A model generated the notes under the pieces. That model did no database searches and was not told the origin of the DNA. It was given only the letters and a program-made list of their open reading frames with translations. This document shows, one piece after another, positions 38,700-47,967 of a DNA stretch of 64,000 bases. The stretch's first letter is position 1; each line of letters begins with the position of its first letter. Source of the DNA: an uncultured Nitrospiraceae bacterium (GTDB lineage Bacteria > Nitrospirota > UBA9217); contig CAZPGZ010000001.1 of NCBI GenBank assembly GCA_964586075.1, forward strand, positions 149,099 to 213,098, in the 5' to 3' direction. The position numbers were made by a program, and so were the translations under genes.

Positions 38700-39746
38700 T
38701 TAAATGCCGAGCTTCCTGCGGGCCCAGTCCGCCATGCTTTTGATTTTTGGATCCCGGTCCTGACACGCCTGCCTGATATAGGGATGGTACCTGGAATCAT
38801 TGCTGTTTGCCATTGCGCGTATCGCGTTGGACTTCCAGAGCCAGATGCTTTCTTTGCCGATGTACCAAAATCTTGGTTGAATTGTCTCAAGGTACCTTTG
38901 TTCATCCATTTCTGCAATCTTGTCCGGAGTTAACAGTCCCGTGAGGGAATTCAACCTTGGAAACTCCTGTTCTTCTTTCCATAACCCTCTGTTTTTGGGA
39001 CACACATCCTGGCACACATCACAACCGTATAGCCAGGTCCCCATTTGCTCCCGCACCTGTTCTTCAGGAAGATCAGTGGAAAAAAAGGACTGCTGCGCTA
39101 TGCATAATCCCCTGTCCATTGCGTAGGGACCTGCCATTGCTCGCGTGGGACAGGCATCAATGCACGTGGTGCAGTTCGGCGGGCACGCGGAGCTGACTTC
39201 CTGCGGACCGTCATAGTCCAGCTCGGCGCTCACTGTCCAGGTATCGACAGTGACCCATGACCCGTACCGTGTATAGAGAAAATTATTCTTCCCAAAATGT
39301 CCCAGGCCTGCTTTCACCGCCGCCAATCTGGCTGCGGTCGAGTCCTTAAAACACTGCATTCCTTTGCCTTGAATATATTCTTCGAATAAGGCGGCGCTTT
39401 TGTAGCCTTCTGTGTATGGCAATCTGCGGTCAAACAAATACAATTTTCCAAAGTACCTGTCCGCGTCAGCCGGGATTTTGTATTTATTATAGCGTCGTAC
39501 ACAGACAACGATTGACTTCGCCCATGCTTCTTTTTTCTCGGGTGATCCCAGCGCGTAGAGTTGTTCGTATAAATGGCGCGATTGCGGAAACCGTTCCACC
39601 CGTTTATCGAGAAACGCTGTGTACTCGCTCAAGGAATCTGCCGGAATAATCCCGCATAAATCATAGCCAAGCGCATATGCCTTTTCTTTTATATCGGTAG
39701 TGGTATCAGATTTTTTCAAGGGCATCTCCTTGGAGGATACAGGCAA
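38700..39746 (-). CDS. queG: Epoxyqueuosine reductase QueG
   Basis: Two 4Fe-4S ferredoxin motifs (CPPNCTTCIDACP, CDVCQDVCP) with QueG-specific flanks. Confidence 0.85.
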   Translation of the reverse strand: MPVSSKEMPLKKSDTTTDIKEKAYALGYDLCGIIPADSLSEYTAFLDKRVERFPQSRHLYEQLYALGSPEKKEAWAKSIVVCVRRYNKYKIPADADRYFGKLYLFDRRLPYTEGYKSAALFEEYIQGKGMQCFKDSTAARLAAVKAGLGHFGKNNFLYTRYGSWVTVDTWTVSAELDYDGPQEVSSACPPNCTTCIDACPTRAMAGPYAMDRGLCIAQQSFFSTDLPEEQVREQMGTWLYGCDVCQDVCPKNRGLWKEEQEFPRLNSLTGLLTPDKIAEMDEQRYLETIQPRFWYIGKESIWLWKSNAIRAMANSNDSRYHPYIRQACQDRDPKIKSMADWARRKLGI

Positions 39747-39860
39747 TTCAAATGCAATATTCTAAATGTTCTTCAGTATTGCCTGAATTCAAAACAATTA
39801 TTTTGCTCACCAGATCCTGTTGTGTACAAACTGCAGGATAGCCAGGTACGACTTTTAAAA

Positions 39861-40418
39861 TCATTCAAATCTCTTTCCGTCTTTCCATGCTTCACCGATT
39901 TTTTTTCCAAAACTCCAGTAGGTATTGTCCATCATGGTCAGCAGGAACGCTCCCGCTTTTTCGTAGCTGAAATTATGATCAATCATGTATTTTGAGTCAG
40001 CATAGGCACCGACGATTTCGCCCACAAAAAGTGTATGCGTGGGAAAGTCCATTTTCTGAACCAGTTTGCATTCCAGAGATAAGGGACATTCCTCGATAAG
40101 CGGCGCTTTTTTAAGACTTTCATACCGCGCGGTATAAAGATGCGACTTGTCTTTTACGGCTCCTGACACAATGCCGACGTAGTCCGTTTTCTTTAGGTCG
40201 CTTGAAGACGGGAAGTTAACACTGAACTCACCACTCTCGGTTATCCCTTTCCACGTGTGGTGTTTATTGCCTATTCCGATTCCGATCATTGGAGGATTGC
40301 CATTCACTCTCGTGATCCAGCCTACTGCCATGTAGTTTTCTTTCCCATCGCATAGAGTACCCACAATACATACCGGCATGGGAATAAATATATTATTCCC
40401 GATTTTTTCTTTTGTCAT
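39861..40418 (-). CDS. Flavin reductase-like (FMN-binding split-barrel) protein
   Basis: 185 aa with a flavin reductase domain pattern. Confidence 0.7.
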   Translation of the reverse strand: MTKEKIGNNIFIPMPVCIVGTLCDGKENYMAVGWITRVNGNPPMIGIGIGNKHHTWKGITESGEFSVNFPSSSDLKKTDYVGIVSGAVKDKSHLYTARYESLKKAPLIEECPLSLECKLVQKMDFPTHTLFVGEIVGAYADSKYMIDHNFSYEKAGAFLLTMMDNTYWSFGKKIGEAWKDGKRFE

Positions 40419-40663
40419 ATCGGCCTCCTTCCGTTCCTGCGGTTTGGACTGAGTTTTTCTTTGCTGTTGAGTGACCGTATCATCTCATAATACATTTTGT
40501 CAAGTAGTTACAAAATAGTTAGACAGTTTCAGGAAGGTTACTATAACAAGACCATTTGCAGAATTAGCATCTAGAGTTTTATTTTGTTTTGTCAGTTCAA
40601 ATATTATTCCTCAGCTCCAAATACCCCGGACAACATGCTACTTCCAGCAATCTCTTGTAGATA

Positions 40664-40879
40664 TTAAGCCTGAACCTGAAAAATATCGTAATCCTTGGCA
40701 AAGTGTTTTGCAAGCGGCTGGTAGTGATAAAGACCGGTCGATCCGGACACCACGATGAGCACCCGCCCTTTTCCGCTCTCGGGCAAATATTCTTTCTGCT
40801 CAGGCAGAGGCGTTTCTGCATAAGCATTGTTCAACAATACAAAAATCAGGACAACGATTAGCCGGCACATTGTTTTCAT
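40664..40879 (-). CDS. Small secreted hypothetical protein (71 aa)
   Basis: Signal peptide. It lies in an AT-rich stretch and may be a gene remnant. Confidence 0.25.
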   Translation of the reverse strand: MKTMCRLIVVLIFVLLNNAYAETPLPEQKEYLPESGKGRVLIVVSGSTGLYHYQPLAKHFAKDYDIFQVQA

Positions 40880-40999
40880 GTATACTTTCTCCTTCCTGTG
40901 ATCTGAATTTTTATTGTTTAATCATTGCCTTAATGGTAAGTCAAGCGAAGAATCAATGTCGATAAAGGCAGGACGCTGACTACGCATACCTGCTGTTTC

Positions 41000-41186
41000 G
41001 GTTTGGAGAATGGCTTCTCTAAAAGTGCGAATAGATTTTATAAAGTCTCGATGCAATCGAAAGAACAGAAAAATACCCCCACTGCACTCACCAACTGCAT
41101 AAAACTATCCAAAAATAAAAAAGAGCCAGCAGAATCTGCCGGCTCTTTGATTTCAATGGTGGGCGCTACTGGGATTGAAGCAGTGG
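41000..41186. repeat. Direct repeat R1, a copy of the tRNA-Val 3' end (last 30 nt, one mismatch) plus its terminator hairpin and about 120 bp of degenerate flank. It is att-like.
   Basis: 41117..41186 is nearly identical to 44353..44422. The upstream roughly 120 bp are recognisably homologous (ggtttggagaatgg...aaagtgcgaa). Confidence 0.75.
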
Positions 41187-41220
41187 ACTTTGAAAATTAC
41201 ATTTCCAATGACAAATAGGC

Positions 41221-41278
41221 TTGACATCGAATTTAAAGAACAGTATTCTATAACGCGTTAAGCATTATTAACGCGTTA
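41221..41278 (+). promoter_or_regulatory. tetR promoter with a twin palindromic operator
   Basis: TTGACA, 17 bp, TATTCT (41221-49). It is followed by TAACGCGTTA, 8 bp, TAACGCGTTA (41251-78). Each 10-mer is itself palindromic, and the second ends 3 nt before the tetR ATG. Confidence 0.5.
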
Positions 41279-41281
41279 GAT

Positions 41282-41893
41282 ATGAATATCAAAGAACGTC
41301 GCCTTCTACATAAGAAGCTCTTCCGAGAAGAAATACTTGCTGCAGCGAGGGAATTATTTGCGCAGGAAGGATACCGTGGCTTCTCTATGCGTAAACTGGC
41401 TACTATGATTGAGCATTCCCCCACGGCCATTTATCTCTACTTTCATGATAAAGATGACCTGCTATACAATATTTGCGAAGATCTCTATTTGTCGTTTCTC
41501 AACAAGATCATTGAAATTCGCGAATCCGAACCAAATCCACGAGAAGCACTTCGATTAGTTCTCCACGAATATATTGTTTCCGGTTTGTCTAAACCAGATC
41601 ATTACAAAGTGGTTTTTTTTAGCAACCCGACAGTATATGGTACGCCGGATGATTTTATGAAAAAAGACACAATGGGCCGGCGCGTATATCTTTGTTTTCG
41701 AGAATTAGTAGCCGAATGCATGCAGCGAGGCATTCTGATCGGGAGTGATCCAGAGGTGCTTACCCAGGTATTCTGGTCTGCTGTACATGGTCTGGTTACG
41801 GCTATTATTTTTACCAAAGACTTTCCCCTCTCGAACACCAATATCCTAGCAGAGACAATGGTAGATGGCCTCTTAACAGGTCATGGAGCATAA
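41282..41893 (+). CDS. TetR/AcrR-family transcriptional regulator
   Basis: N-terminal HTH (ILAAARELFAQEGYRGFSMRKLATMIEHSPTAIYLYF). Confidence 0.85.
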   Translation: MNIKERRLLHKKLFREEILAAARELFAQEGYRGFSMRKLATMIEHSPTAIYLYFHDKDDLLYNICEDLYLSFLNKIIEIRESEPNPREALRLVLHEYIVSGLSKPDHYKVVFFSNPTVYGTPDDFMKKDTMGRRVYLCFRELVAECMQRGILIGSDPEVLTQVFWSAVHGLVTAIIFTKDFPLSNTNILAETMVDGLLTGHGA

Positions 41894-41944
41894 CATGGCG
41901 GCACCAAATAAAATCACAGTAAAGCAATATTTGAGGTTTGGTTT

Positions 41945-44086
41945 ATGGGTAAGAAAAAGAGACATTTATATGTCATTGCTGGCGGAAAATCAGGCAGTCA
42001 AATCAGCAGCGAAAAGTTCAACTTTATTCCCTGCGCCGCGGTGCTTGAGGAAGCATCCACTCTATTGTCCTCACTCCAGAAAGAAGACGGTCACTGGGTA
42101 TTCGAACTAGAAGCAGATGTAACAATTCCTGCAGAATATGTCATGCTGCAACGTTTTCTCGGGCGTCCGATAAATGATGATATACGGGAGCGGTTGACAT
42201 TATATTTACTTGATAGACAGTTACCGGACGGAGGTTGGCCGCTCTATGCCGTTGATGGTAATGCCGACCTGAGCGCATCGGTAAAAGCATACTTTGCTCT
42301 CAAAATTCTTGGTCATAATAAAAACGAGTCTTGCATGATTAAAGCTCGGCAGGTGATTTTGGCTCTTGGAGGGGCTGAATGTAGCAATGTTTTTACCAGA
42401 ATCGCGTTGGCAATTTTTGGACAAGTTCCGTGGCACACACCACCAGTCATGCCGGTGGAAATAATTCTGCTTCCCCGTTGGTTTTTTTTTCATCTCGGCA
42501 AAGTCGCCTACTGGTCGCGTACTGTAATAGCTCCTCTTTTAATCCTCTATGCACAAAAACCAATTTGCAGCCTACGCCCAGAAGAATGCATAACTGAACT
42601 CTTTATAGCTCGCCCGGAAACTCTTTTTAATATAGACAGATTTCGACCGCGAGCATGGCGAAAAAATTTTTTCATAGCTTTCGACCGGATACTAAAAGAC
42701 TCCGTTCACCTTATCCCTGCATTTATAAATAGAAGAGCGCAGAAAAAAGCCGAGCTCTGGACGCGCGAACGCATGCAGGGCGAGGGCGGTATCGGGGCAA
42801 TATTTCCCGCGATGGCTTATGCTGTCATGGCACTGAAAGTTCTAGGATGCAAAAATGACGATGCGGACTTTATGCGCGGAATAACGGCAATCGATGATTT
42901 GCTAATGCATCGAATACCGAATAAAAACGGCCCTTCTGACAACGGAATCCTAGGATATTGTTTAAGTCGATCATCCGCAGCACCAGAAATATTTCCCCGC
43001 AATAACGCTGCAACTTCGCGCAGTGAAGCAGTAACACTTTGCCAACCCTGCTCCTCGCCTGTTTGGGATACCTGTATGAGTCTTACCGCCTTGATGGAGT
43101 CTGGTTTCGCCCAAAAGTCATTTTCAGAAGATAAAACCATGCGATGGCTTTTCGACCGGCAGATTACTGCTCCCGGTGACTGGGCGACATATTCTCCCAG
43201 ACTTGAAGGTGGTGGTTGGGCCTTTCAATATGAAAATACCCGTTATCCTGATCTGGATGATACCTCAAAAGTATTGATGAGCCTTTTTCGAGCCAATGCC
43301 CTAAAGCATGAACAATATCAAGACAAGATCAATCGTGCAGTTATGTGGGTGATCGGCATGCAAAACTCTGATGGAGGTTGGGGCGCCTTTGATAAAGACA
43401 ACAACCGTCTGTATTTAAACGACATCCCATTTGCCGACCATGGGGCGCTTCTTGATCCGAGCACCTCAGATGTGACTGGCAGGTGTATCGAGATGCTGGG
43501 GATGTTAGGATACGGTAAAGCTTTTTCTCCCATTGCACGCGGAATCAACTTTCTGCGCAACAACCAGGAAAAATTCGGTGGTTGGTTTGGTCGCTGGGGA
43601 GTGAATTATATATACGGAACGTGGTCTGTACTATCGGGGCTTAAGCAGGCCGGTGAGGATATGCGGCAATCTTACGTTAAAAAGGCAGTTACATGGCTCA
43701 TGCATCATCAGAATCAGGATGGCGGATGGGGAGAAAGCTGTGCAAGTTACGACAATCCATCGTTGGCAGGCATGGGTGCAAGCACGGCGTCTCAAACCGC
43801 ATGGGCATTATTGGCACTTATGGCAGCGGGTGAGGTTGATAGTTCTTCTGTGCAACGAGGTGTAGAATATCTCGTAAAACATTTCACTCCTCATGTCGGT
43901 TGGGAAGAACCATATTTTACAGGCACAGGATTTCCACGAGTGTTTTATCTGCGCTACCACGGCTACAGTCTTTATTTTCCTATTTGGGCTTTAGGGGTAT
44001 ATCATCGCAAAAAAAATGGTTTAGATACCGTGCAGGAAAGTGTCCAAGGCAAGGGAAGCAGCGTAAAAATGAGCATCGGTTGTTGA
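41945..44086 (+). CDS. shc: Squalene-hopene cyclase
   Basis: 713 aa with multiple QW motifs and a catalytic DxDDT motif (DLDDTS). There is long collinear similarity to characterised SHC (WLFDRQITAPGDWA...). Confidence 0.9.
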   Translation: MGKKKRHLYVIAGGKSGSQISSEKFNFIPCAAVLEEASTLLSSLQKEDGHWVFELEADVTIPAEYVMLQRFLGRPINDDIRERLTLYLLDRQLPDGGWPLYAVDGNADLSASVKAYFALKILGHNKNESCMIKARQVILALGGAECSNVFTRIALAIFGQVPWHTPPVMPVEIILLPRWFFFHLGKVAYWSRTVIAPLLILYAQKPICSLRPEECITELFIARPETLFNIDRFRPRAWRKNFFIAFDRILKDSVHLIPAFINRRAQKKAELWTRERMQGEGGIGAIFPAMAYAVMALKVLGCKNDDADFMRGITAIDDLLMHRIPNKNGPSDNGILGYCLSRSSAAPEIFPRNNAATSRSEAVTLCQPCSSPVWDTCMSLTALMESGFAQKSFSEDKTMRWLFDRQITAPGDWATYSPRLEGGGWAFQYENTRYPDLDDTSKVLMSLFRANALKHEQYQDKINRAVMWVIGMQNSDGGWGAFDKDNNRLYLNDIPFADHGALLDPSTSDVTGRCIEMLGMLGYGKAFSPIARGINFLRNNQEKFGGWFGRWGVNYIYGTWSVLSGLKQAGEDMRQSYVKKAVTWLMHHQNQDGGWGESCASYDNPSLAGMGASTASQTAWALLALMAAGEVDSSSVQRGVEYLVKHFTPHVGWEEPYFTGTGFPRVFYLRYHGYSLYFPIWALGVYHRKKNGLDTVQESVQGKGSSVKMSIGC

Positions 44087-44217
44087 GTCAAGAGATAAGA
44101 ATTAAAAAACTGAAATTTCCTTTTAGACTTTATCTTCATTTATATCACAACTTGAAATCACATCCGCTTCAACTATCGCTTGATCAACATATACATGCTG
44201 TTTATCGCGGTTCGGCT

Positions 44218-44422
44218 TGAAGATTGGAGAACGGTATTTCCGAAAGTGCGAACAGCTTGTGCAAATTCTCGGTGCTATGCACAAACGATAAAACCGAAAA
44301 ACAGGAAGGTTGCTCTTTCTTATTAACTGTACAAAAACTGACACACGAAATAAAAAAAGAGCCAGCAGAATCTGCCGGCTCTTTGATTTCAATGGTGGGC
44401 GCTACTGGGATTGAACCAGTGG
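44218..44422. repeat. Direct repeat R2, comprising the native tRNA-Val 3' end, its terminator and a degenerate flank
   Basis: Partner of R1. Confidence 0.75.
44356..44392 (-). terminator. Rho-independent terminator of tRNA-Val
   Basis: On the minus strand it reads AGAGCCGGCAG-att-CTGCTGGCTCT followed by TTTTTT. Confidence 0.6.
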
Positions 44423-44467
44423 CCCCTGCCGTGTGAAGGCAGTGCTCTCCCGCTGAGCTAAGCGCCC
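44393..44467 (-). tRNA. tRNA-Val (anticodon CAC)
   Basis: 75 nt: GGGCGCTTAGCTCAGCGGGAGAGCACTGCCTTCACACGGCAGGGGCCACTGGTTCAATCCCAGTAGCGCCCACCA. It folds as a cloverleaf by manual inspection, with CAC at positions 34-36 of the anticodon loop TTCACAC. Confidence 0.85.
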
Positions 44468-44534
44468 TGAAACGGTTAACATCTTACCCAGAGGATGGGT
44501 GTTAGTCAAGCTAAAAAAGTATTTTTCCACAGCA

Positions 44535-45698
44535 TCAGTCAACAACCAGAATCGCGCATTTCAGATACTCGGTTTCCCGCGCCGCAAGAAGAATCGGATG
44601 GTCCCGGGACTGCGCGCGCATTTCCAGGAGCCTCGCCTGTCTGCCGGCGGAATATGCCGCATCGAGCAGCATTTCCCTGAACAACGCCTGGTCTATATGG
44701 TGCGAACACGAGCAGGACACGAGAATGCCGTGCGGTTCGAGCAGCTGCATCGCGCGCCGGTTGATTTCCTTATAGCCCTTCAGCGCTTCGCGCACTTTCG
44801 CCCTGTTTTTCACGAACGCAGGAGGATCAAGAATGATGCAGCCGAAGTGTTCCCGATTCTTTTCGAGCAACCGCAGTTCCTCGAAAACATCGGCTTTTTT
44901 GAATTGCACGGACAATCCGTTCAGTTCCGCGTTGAAGGAAGCGCTCGCGATGGCACGCTCTGATGAATCGAGGCCGATGACTTCGGAAGCACCGAAGCGC
45001 GCAGCAGCAAGCGACCAGGCGCCGACATAGCAGAAACAGTCGAGCACCCGTTCCCCGCTCACGTAATCCTTGATTGCCAGCCGGTTTTCCCGCTGGTCGA
45101 AAAAAAACCCTGTTTTCTGGCCCTGGAGCAGATCGACTTCGTACCGGATGCCTGACTCCTGAATAAGGACGGGCCCTCCGAGTTCTCCATGCAGGACGCG
45201 CGTTTCAAGGGCCAGTCCTTCCAGCTCGCGGGAGGCCATGTCGTTCCGGAGAACAATTGCGTTCGGGGAAAACTCCTGCTGCAGCGCGGGAATGAATTCC
45301 GGGAGAAGATTGTCCATGCCGGCCGTGGATGACTGCACGACCAGCGTGTCGGCGTATTTGTCCACGATCAATCCCGGCAGATTGTCCCCTTCGCTGAACA
45401 CGGCCCGGAATGAATCAGCAAGCCCGAGCGCGGTTCGCAGGGCGTGCGCCGTGGCCAGCCTCGTGTGAAAAAATGCCTGATTAATTGCTTCCTGTTTCCG
45501 CGTTAAAATGCGGACCGCTATCAGGGTATGGGGATTGACATATCCTCTGCCGACAAACCGGCCGGACGCGTCAAGCACGTCCACCAGCTCGCCGGCAAGA
45601 AACGTCTCTTTGGTGTGCTGGAGTTCGTTGCTGAACACCCAGGGGTGTCCGCGCAAAACGCGCCGCTCTTCTTTTTGCTTTAGCTTTATTGTTTTCAT
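44535..45698 (-). CDS. rlmI: 23S rRNA m5C1962 methyltransferase RlmI
   Basis: N-terminal PUA-like region followed by a SAM-methyltransferase domain. Confidence 0.8.
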   Translation of the reverse strand: MKTIKLKQKEERRVLRGHPWVFSNELQHTKETFLAGELVDVLDASGRFVGRGYVNPHTLIAVRILTRKQEAINQAFFHTRLATAHALRTALGLADSFRAVFSEGDNLPGLIVDKYADTLVVQSSTAGMDNLLPEFIPALQQEFSPNAIVLRNDMASRELEGLALETRVLHGELGGPVLIQESGIRYEVDLLQGQKTGFFFDQRENRLAIKDYVSGERVLDCFCYVGAWSLAAARFGASEVIGLDSSERAIASASFNAELNGLSVQFKKADVFEELRLLEKNREHFGCIILDPPAFVKNRAKVREALKGYKEINRRAMQLLEPHGILVSCSCSHHIDQALFREMLLDAAYSAGRQARLLEMRAQSRDHPILLAARETEYLKCAILVVD

Positions 45699-45792
45699 GC
45701 AGATTGATGAAAGAAAAATAAAGATAGAGAACGCTTGTTCGTAAAGGGTTTTTACCCCGCGTTTCTATTCAGAAAACCCGGATGCCCTGCTG

Positions 45793-46737
45793 CTACAGTT
45801 TGTTTTCTATATGCGAATCGCTTCTGAGTGTCTGGAGCCAGTTCCGGTAGGAATTATCCAGCTTCTGCTGATAGAGAATATTCAGAATCTCTTCCTTGAC
45901 GCTCTCGAACGGTTTGATCGGCGAGCGCGTCTCTTCAAGCAGGATAACATTATAGCCGCCGGCGCCGAGGAACGGTTTTGCAACCTCGCCGGGCTGAAGA
46001 TTCTGAATAGCCGCTGCAATCTCGGGAATCACCTGGTCTCTTTGCATGAAGCCCAGATCGCCGTCGTGCTGGGCAGTCACGCCTTCCGATGCCTCGCGGA
46101 CAAGGCCGGTAAAATCTTCTCCCTTTTTCGCACGTTCATACAATGCCTGTGCTTTTTCCTTTGCCGCGGCAATCTTGTCCGCTTTCGCTTTTTCCGGCAC
46201 CGGAATGAATATCTGCCGCACGCGGATTTCTTCAGGAAGAGAATATAATTTCAGGTTTTTCTGGTAAAATGCGCGTGCTTCCGCTTCGTCCACGGTAATG
46301 CTGGCGCGCACGAATTTGTTGAAAACGCGTGAAAGCGTCATCTGCTCCTTCAAGTCCGACTTGTATTGCTCAAGGGTCAGCCCTTCCTTGGCCAAGGCCG
46401 CCTCGAACTGTCTGCTGTCCATATTATTTCGTTTTTCTATGTCCGAAACGGCTTCGCTCAATTCCTTGTCCGTAACGTCCATACCGGCACGTTTTGCTGC
46501 CGTCATCTGCAGTTTTCTGTCAATCATGTCATCAAGAATATGGCGCGTGTCCAGTTTTGGTTCTTTTTTCTTATTGAGGGTCTCCTCTCGCTGCAGATCG
46601 GAAAGCGTGATAATCTCGCCGTTCACAACGGCAACCACCCGATCCACAACAAGGGAGCCGGTTGCGGCGCCCTGCAGGCCTGAGAAAAGAAAAAGGCCTG
46701 TTAACATTACAGTCGATAAGAGGATTTTTTTAGCCAT
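45793..46737 (-). CDS. SurA-like periplasmic chaperone / peptidyl-prolyl isomerase (parvulin type)
   Basis: Signal peptide, a SurA N-terminal-like region and a PpiC domain (GDLGFM...). Confidence 0.75.
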   Translation of the reverse strand: MAKKILLSTVMLTGLFLFSGLQGAATGSLVVDRVVAVVNGEIITLSDLQREETLNKKKEPKLDTRHILDDMIDRKLQMTAAKRAGMDVTDKELSEAVSDIEKRNNMDSRQFEAALAKEGLTLEQYKSDLKEQMTLSRVFNKFVRASITVDEAEARAFYQKNLKLYSLPEEIRVRQIFIPVPEKAKADKIAAAKEKAQALYERAKKGEDFTGLVREASEGVTAQHDGDLGFMQRDQVIPEIAAAIQNLQPGEVAKPFLGAGGYNVILLEETRSPIKPFESVKEEILNILYQQKLDNSYRNWLQTLRSDSHIENKL

Positions 46738-46835
46738 GTTTTAGTTTCCTGCTCGCTATAAATTTGGATTGGAAGAGCTGATTTTCTTTTTTATTGCCTT
46801 TTGAAACCAAGTTGATTATTATCCAGGAGTATATT

Positions 46836-47915
46836 ATGAAAAAAACCGTTGCTTCATTTCTTACTGCTATTACTGCGCTTGCTCTTGCATCATTCGCCCT
46901 TGCCGCGGAACCAACGGCGGCACAGCCGGAGGAAATCACGATTGCCGCAGTCGGCGACATCATGCTCGGGCATCGGACCGAACCGGTTTTAAAGAAGCTC
47001 GGTCCGCAGTATCCGTTTGTAGAGGTGCAACCGTTTCTCGACAAGGCTGATATTGTTGTAGGCAATCTTGAATCGCCGATTTCCACACGCGGTACTGCCG
47101 TGGCAAACAAGAAGTTCACGCTTCGCGCCGGGCCGGTCGCCGTAGAAGCTCTCACGGCCGCCGGCGTCCACGTGGTTACGCTTGCCAACAATCATTCCAT
47201 GGACTTCGGCCCGCTGGCGCTGCAGGACACGCTTGAAATTCTCGACGAAAACGAGATTCTCTATTCAGGGGCGGGGATGGACATTGAGGATGCCCGCGCA
47301 CCCGCGATCCTGAAAATCAAGGGAAAAACGATTGCCTTTCTTTCATATTCCCTTACCTTTCCGCTCGAATTCTACGCTTCTGCGAAGCGTCCGGGCACCG
47401 CGCCGGGGTATCAGGAATTTGTAAAAGCTGACGTGGAAAAAATCCGCCCTTTGGCTGATCTCGTGGTGGTCTCGTTTCACTGGGGTGCCGAACTGATGAC
47501 AGCGGCCAAAGAGTATCAGGTGGAACTGGGGCATCAGGCCATAGACTGGGGCGCAGACCTTGTGCTGGGCCACCATCCTCATGTACTGCAGGAAATCGAA
47601 ATTTACAAAGGCCGTCTCATAGCATACAGCCTCGGAAATTTCGTCTTCGGTTCCGAAAGCAACAATACAAACTGCAGTATCATACTCCTTTTGACCTTTC
47701 AGGGCAAGAGCCTTGTCAGGGCGGAGGCGGTTCCTCTGGATGTAAACAATTACCGGGTAAAGTACCAGCCGCGGGTGCTGAAAGGCAAGGCTGCTGCTGA
47801 GGTGCTGGAAGCGCTGCAAGACGCTTCGGAGCGTTTTGACACGGAGTTTGAAATCGAGTCGGACATCGGAAAAATTCAGCTCGCATCCGGGGAAACGACC
47901 ACGGCCGCTGAATGA
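46836..47915 (+). CDS. CapA-family (PGA_cap) metallophosphoesterase-like protein
   Basis: Signal peptide. The ATG at 46836 follows an AGGAG RBS. It carries the CapA signature regions. Confidence 0.75.
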   Translation: MKKTVASFLTAITALALASFALAAEPTAAQPEEITIAAVGDIMLGHRTEPVLKKLGPQYPFVEVQPFLDKADIVVGNLESPISTRGTAVANKKFTLRAGPVAVEALTAAGVHVVTLANNHSMDFGPLALQDTLEILDENEILYSGAGMDIEDARAPAILKIKGKTIAFLSYSLTFPLEFYASAKRPGTAPGYQEFVKADVEKIRPLADLVVVSFHWGAELMTAAKEYQVELGHQAIDWGADLVLGHHPHVLQEIEIYKGRLIAYSLGNFVFGSESNNTNCSIILLLTFQGKSLVRAEAVPLDVNNYRVKYQPRVLKGKAAAEVLEALQDASERFDTEFEIESDIGKIQLASGETTTAAE

Positions 47916-47967
47916 TAAAGGACAGCTTGCAACCGTTTGAAACGCTGCTGCATTCCGGATGTGAACG

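Noticed and set aside
38444-38917. 157-aa ORF overlapping the 3' end of queG
   Set aside because: Only its last about 70 aa resemble a protein family (tautomerase). The true start with an AAGGAGG RBS is in another frame, so this is better explained as a frameshifted short tautomerase gene than as a 157-aa protein.
41003-41218. ORFs 41003..41218 and 44224..44436 (both beginning MENG.S.SAN...) and ORFs 28146..28361 / 28779..29039 (both beginning MTILKQPTLCPT)
   Set aside because: Each pair is an artefact of a duplicated DNA repeat (the tRNA-Val att-like repeat and repeat Y respectively). They run through a tRNA 3' end or terminator and are not credible genes.
25800-44500. Integrase, transposase or recombinase genes associated with the repeat-bounded segments
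   Set aside because: I scanned all ORFs of at least 60 aa for DDE, tyrosine-recombinase (R..H..R..Y) or serine-recombinase signatures. None was found, so the islands are described as integrase-less rather than assigned to a mobile-element family.
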